From NCBI RefSeq assembly GCF_001194135.2, contig NC_069000.1:18309466-18357432 (forward strand): 47,967 nucleotides of DNA, given 5' to 3'. Every line of letters begins with the position of its first letter. Position 1 is the first letter of the stretch. The stretch is from Octopus bimaculoides (lineage: Eukaryota). Below are positions 1-12,289 of the stretch, piece by piece. Below the pieces are notes generated by a model. That model was not told the DNA's origin. It saw nothing but the letters and a program-made list of their open reading frames with translations, and searched no databases. A program made the position numbers and the translations under genes.

Positions 1-140
1 TGTAAATATGTGTGTATATCTAAATGTATGTATGTATGTAAATATGTGTGTATATCTAAATGTATGTATGTATGTAAATATGTGTGTATATCTAAATGTA
101 TGTATGTATGTAAATATGTGTGTATATCTAAATGTATGTG
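1..140. repeat. 36-bp minisatellite, about 3.8 copies
   Basis: Unit TAAATATGTGTGTATATCTAAATGTATGTATGTATG restarts at 3, 39, 75 and 111; explains the 12-aa periodic ORFs at 8..280 and 10..285. Confidence 0.9.
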
Positions 141-390
141 TGTGTATTTGTATGTATGTGCGTATCTGTGTGTATGTATGTATGTGCGTATCTGTGTCTG
201 TATATTCATGTTTATGTGTTTGTATATTTTGTTTTGGTGTTTGTATATTTTGTTTTGGTGTTTGTTTTGTAAGTTCTTGATATGAATCTTGTATTGAAAA
301 TAGATATTGCAGAGTGTCATTTTGCCAGTGAAAACACACATATACTGGTTGTATTTCAGTTTTATTACCAATTAATTAAATGATTATTTA

Positions 391-423
<33 letters not shown>

Positions 424-939
424 TATACACCTGTAGATATGTGCAAGTATAACTAAGACTGAAGTAAAAAAAGTGTGTGTATGTGAGAGAGAGAGAGAGA
501 GAGAAAGTGTAACTGACAATAGATAATTGATATTTTGTTTCCACTTGGTGCAGGGGACTATCTGTTGGTACCAGTTTATTGAAAGTCTTTTGGATTTGAC
601 AACTTAAGGAATGAAATATGTGCCCACTGCTGCACCTAGTGAAGTAGCTAGTTTTGAGGTTATCAGTATACATATCAGTGTATTAGCAACATTATATGGA
701 TGTCTGCCTCTGTTTAAGTAGGTTATTGTGTGGGATGTCATGCCTGAGTGAAATTCGTGTAGAGCTGGGTATTAGCACTGATAGATTGAATTAGAAGCAT
801 ACAGAAGGGAAATAATCACATTATAGACAAGTTTATTACTTGTCATTTGTTTCTTTATTCATTCATACATGTTGGCAGTAGTACCAGCAGAACAAGAAGC
901 CAACAGCAGTAACATTCCCAGTTCCAATCAGAGGTCAAG

Positions 940-1635
940 TTGTATGCATTGGCAAAAGAATCCCTAGTTTATCTTCACCTGTGTTGCATCCCAATGTCAT
1001 AAGTCTCCAGCAAGGAGTGGTTTCACTGTGAAGTTATTGTAGATGGAGGGATCTACTACCCTCATCCCCAAACTTGAAGAAAAAGAAAAATAATCAGGTT
1101 CTATACTCTGTTCATAGACGTCTCTACAAACATAACTAGAAACTTCCTATCTCCAGTTAAACAACCTTTCCCAAGGACCCATTGGTATGATAACATCTTT
1201 AATGCCCATAATATTAAGGTTAGCTACACCAAAAGAAAATAGACACCCACACAATTCCATCCCATTCCCCAGCCCTTTATAGCTGAATTTCCACTAGCTA
1301 TTCACTAGGGAAATCCTGAAATCCTTGCATTCAAACAATGTGGTCTACAGAACTAACCTCACTCCATCCAATGGCCTCATGAGAAACGATATGGCCATAT
1401 GACCTGATAGCCAATGTTTGTGTTTCCAAGGGAAAATTCACATAACATATGTACACCTTCAGGTGCAAGGACAAGGAAAACTCCAACTCTCCATCTCACT
1501 TCACCTTGAGACTCTGAAACCAAGGAAGCATTTACCCAACATCAGATGAAGCATCCTCAACGGGGCCCACTGTATACGCCTGCAGTTCATAATTGTCAAC
1601 TCTGCCTCCATGATAAATTGCATAATTCATATAAC
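940..1635 (+). mobile_element. Decayed Penelope-like element (PLE): RT C-terminal linker and GIY-YIG endonuclease remnant
   Basis: Hand translation from 1078: RKRKIIRFYTLFIDVSTNITRNFLSPVKQPFPRTHWYDNIFNAHNIKVSYT, resembling the PLE motif IIWFNPP..TNIG..FL..HFP..KIFN..KxSY. Downstream are NNVVYRTNL and YTPAVHNCQLCLHDKLH. Frameshifts and stops present. Confidence 0.75.
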
Positions 1636-2994
1636 TAAAGAAAGAAAGGGAGAGGACAGAAAGGACACTGAGCAGAAGACATACTATATCACATGACTAA
1701 ATGGCAAGAGCAGCTGACATATCACATGACCAATAGACTAGAGACTAAAATGTGATTTTTGTTTGTCTGTTACATATGTATCTATTGTGTGTCATAGTTG
1801 TAATATAATTCTGAATAATTTTGATGTTGTTTATATATTTAAGTAAAATTACTAAGAAAGATAAAGGCAGTGATGACAGGCATATTGTAGTGGGCCCCAT
1901 AAAACTATTTTATGTATGTTGTTACATACTAATTAGGTTATCAAGGAAAAAGAAGACTGATGTCTTCCTCATATCATTCAACTACTAAGGACTATCTGGC
2001 TCCCCCACCCCCAACACACACACACACACACAAAAGAGACTCTACACGGTGACTCAGGTAGAAATAGAAGCCGATTCTCTTCTCTCTCTCTCCCCCTCTC
2101 TCTCTCTTCGCTTTCTCCTTCACTCCACACCTTATTTTCATGAAAAGTAGTGGGCACATTGGATTGTGTGATGTGATCTTAGATATGCAATACCTGTGAG
2201 AATGACCAGGGTGGTCTTGGTTGGAATGTCTGTAATCATAGGTGTATTCAATCAGAGGTAACCCAGAGCTAAAAACCTACAACACCATCTATATTAGTAC
2301 CCCACACTACAGTAATGAAAATAATAGACCCAAGAAAGGTTGTAACTGTCTGCAAATATAAAGACTTAACATGTTGCCCTCACTTCAAAATTTGCCTGAG
2401 ATCTTACTAACTGCATGTTTTACAAATGTTTGCTTGTCTTGGCTGAAATATTGCTTGCTTTTCAGCTAAAAATATTGCCACAGTTCATGTAAAGTGCAGA
2501 CAACAGGACCTTGACATCAAAAACAACATTTGAGTGGACAGCTTATTGGATTAGTGTCACTATATGGGATGTTGGTAGATCACATCCTTAAACAAGACAC
2601 ACTTTCTTAAACTGTTGTCTCTATTGAATTGAAACACAGTTTTATTGCTGTTTTTTTTCTTTTATATTTTGTTTGTTCTTTTTATGTTTTTTGTATTTTT
2701 ATTTTCAGGTTTGCCTAGATCTGATAATTTTATTGTTGTTTTGTGTTATGTTTTTCCATTGTATTGAAAGTACTTATGTAAATATGTGCAGTACTAAGCA
2801 GAGTTATTCTCTGTGTGTGTGTGTGTGTGTGTCTTGGGGTTACTCTACATAATATGTATAGTCTTGGGGTATTCTATTTAATATATGTGCAGTGCCTAGT
2901 AGTGACACTGCCTATGAATTGTGTTTGTGTGTGTGGGTGCTGAACATATGAGGCATTTTGGCACAGCTGTTTTGGCATCACTGGTTTAACTGTG

Positions 2995-3305
2995 ACTTGC
3001 AAGCTGGCAAATTCGTTAGCATTCTAGGTGAAATGCTTCGTGGTATTTCATCTGTCAGCAGAGAAACATCTTCACCTGTGTTGCATCCCAATGTGATAAA
3101 GCACCACCAAGGAGTGGTTTCACTGTGAAGTTATTATAGATGGAGGGATCTACCACCCTCATCCCCAAATTCTGCCGAGGTCTTACTTTGCCTTTCATCC
3201 TTTTGGGGTTGATAAATTAAGTACCAGATGCATACCGAGGTTGATCTAATCAACTGGCCCCCTCCCCCCAAAATTTAGGGCTTTGTGCCAAGAGTAGAAA
3301 AGATT
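2995..3305 (+). mobile_element. tRNA-derived SINE (main octopus family) interrupted by a short PLE fragment
   Basis: Head GCTGGCAAATTCGTTAGC...GTATTTCATCTGTC, then body resumes at TTCTGCCGAGG...TTTGCCTTTCATCC...GATAAATTAAGTACCAG. Confidence 0.8.
3056..3170 (+). mobile_element. Short PLE fragment embedded in the SINE
   Basis: 3068-3170 aligns with 971-1073 with about 8 mismatches in about 102 bp. Confidence 0.8.
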
Positions 3306-3699
3306 AACGAGCAGAAGAAGGTGCTAGCTGCAGAGGGGAGACGACAATAGATATATTTTTTACCAAAATAATTTCAAACACATAACAAACAGATTGAGCA
3401 AAAAAATGAAGAAGGAAGAAAAAAGTTTAACAAACACCGTTATAAACAGTGTTACATACAATTTGAGAAGCCACAAAAGTAAAATATCACAGAAGTGCAA
3501 ACTTAAGTGGCAATAACTAAAGCACCACAACCAACAACTCCTCTTTTGATAGTCCAGGCAATAGAGAAAAGTATGGAAGAGATATGTTACAAAAGAGAGT
3601 ACTTCCTTGCCAGAGCAAGTTACTTATGAGAGTGTGATGGCTGTGACATAACTCTGTTTCTCAAAAAATGGAGGTGTGGGTTGAGAACTTCCTTATACC

Positions 3700-3828
3700 C
3701 TTACAAATGGAGTTGAAGGGTTTACATGTCTGAGGAGTGTTCAGCAACTTGCTCATTAATTTCACAAGCAGGCTGTTTCATTGATCAGATCAACCAGAAC
3801 CCTCATCATCATAACTGACAGAGTGCCA
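3700..3828 (+). mobile_element. SINE central/3' fragment (second family)
   Basis: Reverse complement of the family seen at 26335-26590 (CAGCCTGCT..GAAATTAATG..CAAGT). Confidence 0.6.
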
Positions 3829-3904
3829 ATATATTATATCATATTATATTATATCATATTATATTATATTACATGATATCATATTATATTATATTGTAAA
3901 TGCT

Positions 3905-4077
3905 TGTGGCCTCATGTTTTGTGTGTTGCACTCACAATCACAAGATTGTGGTTTCAATTTCCAGAGTGGCAGTGCATTGTATTCTTGAGCAAGGACACAG
4001 CGCACTGCTGGGAATTGAACTCATGACCTTAAGATTGTGAGCCAAATGCGCCTAACCACTAAGCCATGCATCTTCAC
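3905..4077. mobile_element. Two inverted tRNA/CORE-like SINE heads
   Basis: + head with degenerate B box (GTTTCAATTTCC) and CTTGAGCAAG, followed by a reverse-complement head (GGGAATTGAAC...CTAACCACTAAGCCA). Confidence 0.65.
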
Positions 4078-4154
4078 ATTGTATCATATATTATATATAA
4101 AATGTATATGCATATATATATTTTTTTAATTTTATTTTTTTTTATTTTCCACAG

Positions 4155-4237
4155 CATTAATTGACCTTCTAAAAGACCCATCTCCACAAGTGAGAGGTAA
4201 AGCAGCCGAGGCGATGAGCCTTCTTTATAACTATTAA
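4155..4237 (+). CDS. MROH1: Terminal coding exon of a HEAT-repeat protein, most like maestro heat-like repeat protein 1
   Basis: Acceptor TTTATTTTCCACAG|, phase 1, then xLIDLLKDPSPQVRGKAAEAMSLLYNY*; classic HEAT motif LLxDxxxxVRxxAAxAL matching my recollection of the MROH1 C-terminus; AATAAA follows; upstream exons not found in window. Confidence 0.65.
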
Positions 4238-4253
4238 TGGTAACTTTTTCTGA

Positions 4254-4259
4254 AATAAA
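4254..4259 (+). terminator. Candidate polyadenylation signal of the HEAT-repeat gene
   Basis: AATAAA 17 nt after the stop codon. Confidence 0.45.
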
Positions 4260-4489
4260 CCAACTCTTGCTGCAGAAGAAGAAAAACAGGAAGAGGAAAA
4301 AGAAGAGGAAGATGAAGGAAAAGGAGGAGGAAGAAGAAGGAGCAGAAACAAATTGTTGTTGTCGTTAAATTTTGTTTTTATTGTTATAATTGTTGTTTTT
4401 GTTATTGCTATTATTATTGTTATATTTTCGATTTTATTTTTTAACCAAATGAAATGAGATTGTATAATAATTTTCATTGTTATTATTAT

Positions 4490-5009
4490 TATTAGCAAAA
4501 TTGTTAGTGTCAGAAAAAAATGCCTTGCATTATTTGTTCCAGTTTTTTAAAGTTCTGATTTCAAACCCCACTGAGGTCAACTTTGCCTTTCATCCTTATG
4601 GGGTTAATAATATAAAGTACCAGTTAAATACTGGGTTCGATATAGTCATCTAAACTTCTCCACTTAAAATTGCTGTCTTTGTGTCTAAATTAGAAATTAT
4701 TATTATTATTATTGTTTTCAAATTTTGGCACAATGTCAGCAGTTTTAGGAGAGGATACTAGTTGATTACATCGACTCCCCTATTATCCAACTGGTACTTA
4801 TTTTATCAACCCTGGAAGGATGAGAGGCAAAGTTGACCTCAGCAGTATTTAAATTCAGGATTAAAAAGTTCAAATTCTGCCGAGGTCCCCTTTGCCTTTC
4901 ATCCTTTCTGGGTCGATAAAATAAGTATCAGTTGAATACTGGGGTCGATTACATCGACCCCCCCACCCCCTTCCTCCAAAATGTCGGGCCTTGTACTTAT
5001 AATGAAAAA

Positions 5010-5060
<51 letters not shown>

Positions 5061-5320
5061 TGTTTTTTGTTTGTTTTTTAAAATAAAACGAGATTATAAA
5101 ATTTTATTGTTTTAAATATTGACAAAATTGTTAAAGCATCAGAGAAAATGCCTTGCGGTATTTGCTCTGGCTCATAACATATTTGAGTTCAAATCTCAAA
5201 GTGGTGAACTTTGCCTTTTATCCTGAGAATGATAAAATAAAGTGCTAGTCAAGTACTGGAGTTGATGCAATTGACTAATCCCTCCCCAAAATTTCTGGCC
5301 CTGTACCTATGTTAGGAGCA
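4490..5320. mobile_element. Cluster of four main-family SINE copies (+,-,+,+) with (ATT)n tracts
   Basis: Repeated core GTTCAAA..GAGGTC.ACTTTGCCTTTCATCC..GATAAAATAAGTACCAGT in both orientations; (ATT)n at about 5010-5060. Confidence 0.8.
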
Positions 5321-5524
5321 GTTATTGTCATCATGTTTTGAACTGTTTCCCACCAGCCTTCACTACACCCCTTATGTGTCTTAGCATTCCTGAAATGGGT
5401 GTTGTTTGGTCTTTTAGGAATGTAGAATTGTGTTTATATCTAGATCAATTTCGCTTTGTCATGGCATTTATTTTGTTGTTTCGGGAATTATTTTAATGTT
5501 CCATATGTTGTCTAGAGTATGTGT

Positions 5525-6015
5525 AATCATCATCATCATCATCATCATCTTCATTGCTGTTTTAGCGGCCACTTTTCTATATTTGCATGGATCAGGCAGA
5601 ATTTGTTGAGGCAAACTTTCTACAGCTGGATGTAAACACACCAACACTGGTTGTCAATTAGTGGTGAGGGTCAAACATAGACACAAAGATACACAAACAC
5701 ACACACACACACACGTTGGACTTCTTTCAGTTTCCATCTACCAAATCCACTCACAAGGCTTTGGTCAGCCTGAAGCTATAGTAGAGGATACTTACTCAAG
5801 ATGCCACACAGTAGGACTGAACCCAGAACCATGTGATTGGGAAGCAAGTCTCTTCCCATACAGCCACGCCTGCATCTATATATATATCCAACCACAAGGT
5901 TTTGTTTGGCCTGGAGCTACAGCAAAAGGTGCCTGTCTAAGGTGCAACACAGTAAGACTGAACCCAAGATCAATTGGTTAGGAAGTAAGCTTCTTAACCA
6001 CATGGTCATGCCTGC
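5525..6015 (-). mobile_element. RTE 3' tail fragment followed by two SINE fragments (third family)
   Basis: (CAT)n plus TTTCTACAGCTGGATG as at 12300-12430; CCACTCACAAGGCTTTGGTC...GACTGAACCC occurs twice. Confidence 0.6.
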
Positions 6016-6399
6016 TTGTATTGTAATGTGAACTGTTTTCCTGTTGGATGATGTTTGTGTTTAATTCGTTCCTGAAAAACACTCATAAAGCAAAAACTCG
6101 TAAGCCCGCGGTCTCGTAAAGTGAGGTATTACTTTATGCTGTGTAATCAGTGTTATAAGTTATATTGTTAGATGATAGTCATGTTTTGTATGTGTAATAT
6201 GTATTGTGTTATAATAATGGAGAAACACTGTAAAATGTGACATTCATGAGTAGTTATATCAGATATCAATAGTATAAGAGTTTGTGTTTCATTATCTTAT
6301 TGGCTGGTTACTGTATAATGTGTGTGTTGTATCTTAGTGGTTGTGTACTATGTGTGTTATTTTATTGGGTGGTTATTAGAAAGGGTATTTTTTTGATGC

Positions 6400-8315
6400 A
6401 GATCTTCTACTGTTTGTGTTGTGTCATTGAATTGAAAGTATCTTACATAGAATGTTGACTGTATCTAACAAGACTATCTTTTGGACCATGTGTAGCTTTG
6501 GTAAGCCCTGATATGGTTTATGTATTTTTGTGCATATTTCTTTTACATTACACTATGCTTGAATTATTATTGCTACTATTTTTACTTTCATAACCCACAT
6601 TCTATTTATTTCAGTTTCAAGGACTTTATAACTTGTCCTATTCTTCACCTCTTTCCAGGCAATGTTTTTTTGTGACAAGAGATCAAGGTGTCTTTTAGAG
6701 TAGACATGTTTGCTCCAGTCTTTGATTATTATATCTTGACAGTTTGCCTTGGTGTTTTCAGTCTGGACAGGCATGTCCTAGATGATTGTAGTCAGGTCAG
6801 TGTCATGTAATGTATTTGGACTATGTTTGCATGCTAAAGTGTTGGCATATTGTCCAGTGAACATACCTGCCCACTCAAATCATTCATGTGAATATATTTG
6901 GACTTAGGAAGGACTGAGCAGCTGGGGATGTGGCCAATTGTTTTATTACATTGATTGCATAGTCAGCATATGACATAAACATCTTTCACTATTTTTGTAG
7001 TTGTCTATGGCTAGGCATTGGTCCTGTGCAGCTAAAATCAGGCCTTCTTTTCCTACTTTCAACCCAGAGTTTTTGTACTATTGTTGGCTTTTGCTCTGGC
7101 TTACTTTCTCTGTTGAGCTATGCAGGGTATTGGCCATGTAGTGGTTTCTCTCTATTTTTTTTCTAACATATATTTCAGGATTCCATTTTGATTGTTTTTT
7201 TAATATTTTCTGTTAGTCTGGGATTAGGTTTTTTTCTTTGTCTCAGTTTTTAATATTAGTTAGACTTTTGTTTTATAATATTCTTTTTCATTTGTATTTT
7301 ACTAATTCCATCTTCCAAGTATTTGTGTGAGTGATTCTGGCCTAATACTCTAATTTTGGTGTCGGTATCTAATTTTATGTTCTTTGTTTTAGATTAATTA
7401 CCTTTTCTTATACTAGCTTTGACACTTTTCTTTAATCCCATACTCAATTTTATGACCTGGCTGAAGTTATGATCAATTTTTCATAATTTTCTAACTGTAA
7501 TTTATTCATAGCCCATATATTAATGTTGGTTGTTGTTTTTTCTTTGTTTTTTTTTTTCAACAAATTTGTTAATGAAATCAAAGCTAAGTAAAAGAGTCGA
7601 GGAGATAATTAAGTCTCCCTTATGAATAAAGGGCTGGTTTTAAATATCTTCTCTCTACTTTGTAGTGATATTTATTGTTGTTTTCTATTTTGACATGGCA
7701 TAGCTGATGTTGTCTATTTATGTAGTATGTCTTCAGAACTCAAGAATGTAATATACTCTCAACTACTTTCAAATCAACCGATGTTATACTAAGGTTTGTT
7801 TTCCTCTTTTTGCAGTCTTCCATATCTCAGTTCTCTTTATAGCCCATGCATTTCCTTCCAGCATCCTTTCTGTTCCTCTGCTAATATTTTCTTATTGTTC
7901 TCCAAGTGAGGAACCAGCCTATTCTATAGGATGAATATAAAATACAAGTGCGTGTGAGTTGTTGGAAGGCAAGTTGAAGATGTATAATTTTGAGGATTTC
8001 TGGTATTTTTGCTTCGGGGAATCAGTGTTGTTTTTCCCACTAGCTACCAATCAGGTATTGATTCTTATTTGCATATCAGTTCATTAAATGCTTCTACTAT
8101 TTACCAATTGGTACTGCCAGAAATTGGGGACCTTATCAATCCCAAGAGGGATTTTCTAGTCACTTGCTATTCTTAAAGTGTTGGTGAGTTCCTTACTACC
8201 TATGAAAGACCAAGTTTGCATTGCTCTTATGTTTCTTGGTCTTTTTTAATCTCTTCCTTTCTATATCCCCACCCTATCTGTTTGCTTCAATTTCCATGAT
8301 GTTCAATATCCACTA
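6400..8315 (-). mobile_element. Decayed R4/Dong-type non-LTR retrotransposon (RT, CCHC region, restriction-like endonuclease)
   Basis: Minus-strand remnants GIDKVPNFW, LVGKTTLIPRSKNTRNPQNY..TCLPT, EGLILAAQDQCL, DIIIKD...KVLETEINRMW.MKVKIVAIII, QKIVLLDTVNILCKILS. Confidence 0.85.
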
Positions 8316-8432
8316 GTATTTCTTTCTTTATTTTTTTTTATTAATGTCAAATTTTTTGGTGTTTGATTCAAATGCCTTCACCTTTTCTTTATCATTTATT
8401 ATTGTTATTATTATTATTATTATCATTTATTA

Positions 8433-8474
<42 letters not shown>

Positions 8475-8484
<10 letters not shown>

Positions 8485-8970
8485 GGCAACAGCCTAGCAG
8501 AATTGTTACTGCATCGGATAAAATGCTTAGTGGCATTTCTACCAACCCTCAAGTTCTGAGTTCAAATTCCATCATGGTTAACGTTTTCTTTCATCCTTTC
8601 AGGCTTGATAAAATAAGTACCAGTTAGTGCTGGAGTCGATGTAGCCAACTTTCCCGTCACCTCCAAATTTTTGGCCTTGTGCCAGAATTAGAAATAATAA
8701 AAATTATCATTATTATTATTATTATTAATATTATTATTGCAGTGAAGGAGCAAAAATGGTAGAATGCCAGACTAAGTATCTTGCGATATTTAGTTATGTT
8801 GTTGATTTATTTATTTTCTTTGTCTTCAGTTCAAACCCCACCAAAATTAACTTTACTTTTCATTCCTCTTGGTGGGACCAACACAATAAGTCCCGGTTAA
8901 GTACCTGGGTAGATTTAATACACTGCTCTTTCCTCCAAAAATTTGTGACCTTATGCCAATTCTAGAAATT
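8475..8970 (+). mobile_element. Two main-family SINE copies between (ATT)n microsatellites
   Basis: AAGGC..CAGAAT.GTTA...GTTCTGAGTTCAAATTCC...AAGTACC; (ATT)n at about 8400-8480 and 8985-9045. Confidence 0.75.
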
Positions 8971-8979
8971 ATCATAAAT

Positions 8980-9045
<66 letters not shown>

Positions 9046-9143
9046 GGTTATCCATATTATTATGTTTTATGTCTAATTCAGAGAAATATTATTTTGTACA
9101 AAACCAAAAGGTAACTTTAGTATTTCAAATCAACAACAAAAAA

Positions 9144-9174
<31 letters not shown>

Positions 9175-9499
9175 ATTTTAATTTAGAATTAATAAATTAA
9201 TAAAACAATATATATTTTAAACTTTTTATTTTCTTCATAGCATATATTGATATGTATATTGAAGAAGTGAATGTTGTTGAGCTTAATGTGTATTTTTTAA
9301 TGAAAAGCAATTGAGTTTCAGGAGTCATGTGCATGTGCATGTGCATGTGCAAAAGTCAGACAACCTCTTACTAATGTGAATTGTTGTTTAGTTCCAGGTA
9401 AACTCTGATCAAACAGACCTGTGTGCAGGAGACTACTACATGTAGTCTCTTGCATTCAGTTTCAAAGCACTCTATTCCAGATTGGGAGGGACTTCGCAT

Positions 9500-9780
9500 A
9501 AACTGAGAGATCACTTGAGATGCTCATGGAAATTAAATTTTGGACATCCATGTGGCCTACCATTAGTCTCAAACTTGCTGAAGAAGACCATCTTTGGAAG
9601 CCAGTCACCCAGCACCTGAATCACATGGCCAGCCCCGTGGAGAAGATGATGAAGAATGCAGGCCTCAATGCTGCAGATCCCAGCCCTCAGAAGGATTTCG
9701 GTATGAGGCACCTTGTCCCGCTATGTGAGACCAAGGGTTACTGCACAGCCATGTCAGCGCCTTCTTACCAATGTCATTAT
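9500..9780 (-). mobile_element. RTE-clade LINE, RT C-terminal fragment
   Basis: ORF 9511..9711 PHTEILLRAGICSIEACILHHLLHGAGHVIQ...LPKMVFFS...GRPHGCPK; same family as 31315-31920. Confidence 0.8.
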
Positions 9781-9944
9781 CGACATATTCTATTAACTGA
9801 ATTATCTCAGAAATATTAATTAATTTCTCAGTTGTTAATTATTCAGTTTTATTTCTATTATCACACAATAATCACTTTATCTCATCCTTTATATCTTCTG
9901 TAATGTCTTCTTATCCCCTACATTAACCTATTGCCAGAAGGCCC

Positions 9945-10080
9945 GTAGCTTAGCCATTAGAAGTATTTGGTTTACGATCATAAGGTCATGAGGGTTCAAC
10001 TCGAAGCGGCACATTGTGCCCTTGAGCAAGACACTTTTTTCCACGTTTCTCCAATCCACTCAGCTGACAAAAATGAGTTT
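9945..10080 (+). mobile_element. tRNA/CORE-like SINE
   Basis: GGGTTCAACTC B-box-like motif, then TTGTGCCCTTGAGCAAGACACTTT...CCACTCAGCTG..AAATGAG. Confidence 0.65.
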
Positions 10081-10237
10081 TAGCCATGGGCCCTGGAACA
10101 GTGGGTGCAGGGGTTGCAAGTGCATCCCCTAGAATTTTTGTTGGGGTGTAAAATCAAAATTTGCACCACTTATAAGTTGGCAATTAATAGAAATTTACAA
10201 TAGCTTAAAGTGACCGAAGACTTTTACACAGTACTGT

Positions 10238-10346
10238 ATATGTGCTTATACATACATATATATATATATTTAAATATATATGTATGTATATATATATATT
10301 TAAATATATATGCATATGTATGTATGTATGTATGTATATATATATA

Positions 10347-10385
<39 letters not shown>

Positions 10386-10396
10386 ATATATGTGTG

Positions 10397-10434
<38 letters not shown>

Positions 10435-10451
10435 TGTATATATATGTGTAC

Positions 10452-10492
<41 letters not shown>

Positions 10493-10495
10493 CAT
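10238..10495. repeat. Compound (TA)n/(TATG)n/(TG)n microsatellite
   Basis: Direct reading; source of six spurious ORFs. Confidence 0.95.
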
Positions 10496-11199
10496 AGATC
10501 CATGTATTTTTTACATACATGAATGCACACTGACAAATACATACAAGGACAAACAAATCACTAACCCATCCTCCCCAATCAGCTAAACAAATAACTTGTC
10601 AGAACCAGCAACCAACTGGTTCTAACAAGTTTCATCTCACGTGTAGCAGTGACAGAGTGGATGATGGTCTTTAGACTATAGTGTAATGTGTTTGAGTTTT
10701 GTATGTGACAAGACTTTTTTAAAAACTTTATGATAAAATATTGTTTGTTATTCAGCAGTTTTTGGGCTTATCAACTCAGTCTGTACTGTGTATGACTATT
10801 TGTGTGTTTTATAAGACTTTTTTAACTTGTCTCCATTGTTATAGGTATGTGTGTGTGAATGTGTTAATGCATAACAAGAATTTGTACTTTGCTTTTTAAT
10901 ATGGTATTGTGTGTGCGGGCGTGTGCATGTGTGTGTGTGTGTGTGTGTCAATGTATAATGACATTCGATCTTTACTACAATATAGTAGAGTGTGTATGTG
11001 CATATGTATCTGTATGTGTGTGAGTGTGCATGTGTGTATGTGTGTGTCTTTGTGTATGTGCGTGTGTGTATGCATCTATGTATAACAAGACATTTCATCT
11101 TTACAGTATAGCAGAGAGTGTGTGTGTATGTGTTTGTGTGTGCATATGTGTGTACATGTTAATGTGCAACAAGAGTTTTTACATTCAAATGTAGTAATT

Positions 11200-11915
11200 T
11201 GCAAGTATGTCTGTGCATACTGAGATGGTTAAGACATGTTTTTTTAAAGGAGACTGGAGGACAGATTCTTACTGATCAAGAACAAGCTTTACAAACTAAT
11301 TCAATCAAGTGTAGCATTGATAAGACAGCGGTATCACCTTTATGTAGGCTATATGAAAAACCATCTGAGACAGACATATAATTTGTACATTCTCAAAACT
11401 GGCCCAAAAGGAGTAAAAAAGTGCCATAACAAAGTGGCAGTGTAAATACACTGAGTGTAGTGCAGGAAGTATGGACTAGAATGTTCCAGCAAGTGGTATG
11501 AACATGAACCTTTGCCAGTAATACAGAATGATCAGGTGAAACTCATGTGGGATATGCCAATATACACAAATAACAAAGCTGTAACATAACCAACCAAATA
11601 TCACTCTCCTAAGGAAGGTGTCTAAAGATTGAACCTTCATTGATGTAGCTATACCTGCAGACCAGAATATTGTGAAGACAGAGGACAAGACAGTCAGGAA
11701 GTACTAAGTCCTAGCATTTAAAGTGAAACAAATCCAGAAGGCCTCAAAAATGAGTGTTATACCTATTGTGATCAGAGCACTTGGAATCATCTGAAAGAGA
11801 GCAAGATTCTGGCATCAAAAGCTGTAAATACCAAAATTCATAGAAAGTATTCAGTTGGCAGCAATACATGGAACAGCTCGTGCTGAGAAAAGTGTTGCAT
11901 CTCTAAACTGCAGGA
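11200..11915 (+). mobile_element. R4/Dong-type LINE 3' fragment (CCHC and RLE)
   Basis: ETGGQILTDQEQALQTN...SPLCRLYEK, KWYEHEP..VIQNDQVKLMWD, IDVAIPADQNIVKTE, VIPIVIRALG. Confidence 0.8.
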
Positions 11916-12289
11916 TGGATCTGAGACATGGCATGGATAAATCAGAAGTTAATTGGATAAATGGATAATAAATAATAATAATGATAATGGACTCTCCCAT
12001 CGAGGATGACATATGAGTGTTCCACTTTTGCCAAACAACCTGCACAAATGATGTGCTTATAGTGATCAACTGTTCACGCTGCACATTAGCTCACTCTCTC
12101 TATCCAATTGACGTTGTCTGAACAGGCGCACTGTGTACCACACATCAGGTCTCGAAGTGATTGTAGAGCAATGTGAGATGAAGTGTTTTCTTCTAGAACA
12201 CAGCACACCACTCAGTCTAGGAACTGAAATCACAATCGCTAGATCACGAGTGCAACACCCTATATGATAATGATGATGATGATGATCAT

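Noticed and set aside
1-140. Regular direct repeats as a possible CRISPR array (also 19110-19145, 20375-20477, 39480-39550, 41741-41826)
   Set aside because: No unique spacers, eukaryotic context, no cas genes; these are plain tandem repeats
8-673. ORFs with MCVY/YI/HT repeats, also at 10205-11098, 13283-13777, 18378, 21597, 23773, 37599, 41822 and 47145-47764
   Set aside because: Translations of microsatellites and low-complexity tracts
4169-4498. 109-aa minus-strand ORF
   Set aside because: Antisense to the HEAT exon and its purine-rich 3' flank; low complexity
10210-10238. Tc1/mariner-like TIR (reverse complement TACAGTACTGTGTAAAAGTC); also TACAGGGTGTCC at about 37958
   Set aside because: Only one end found in each case, so an element cannot be delimited
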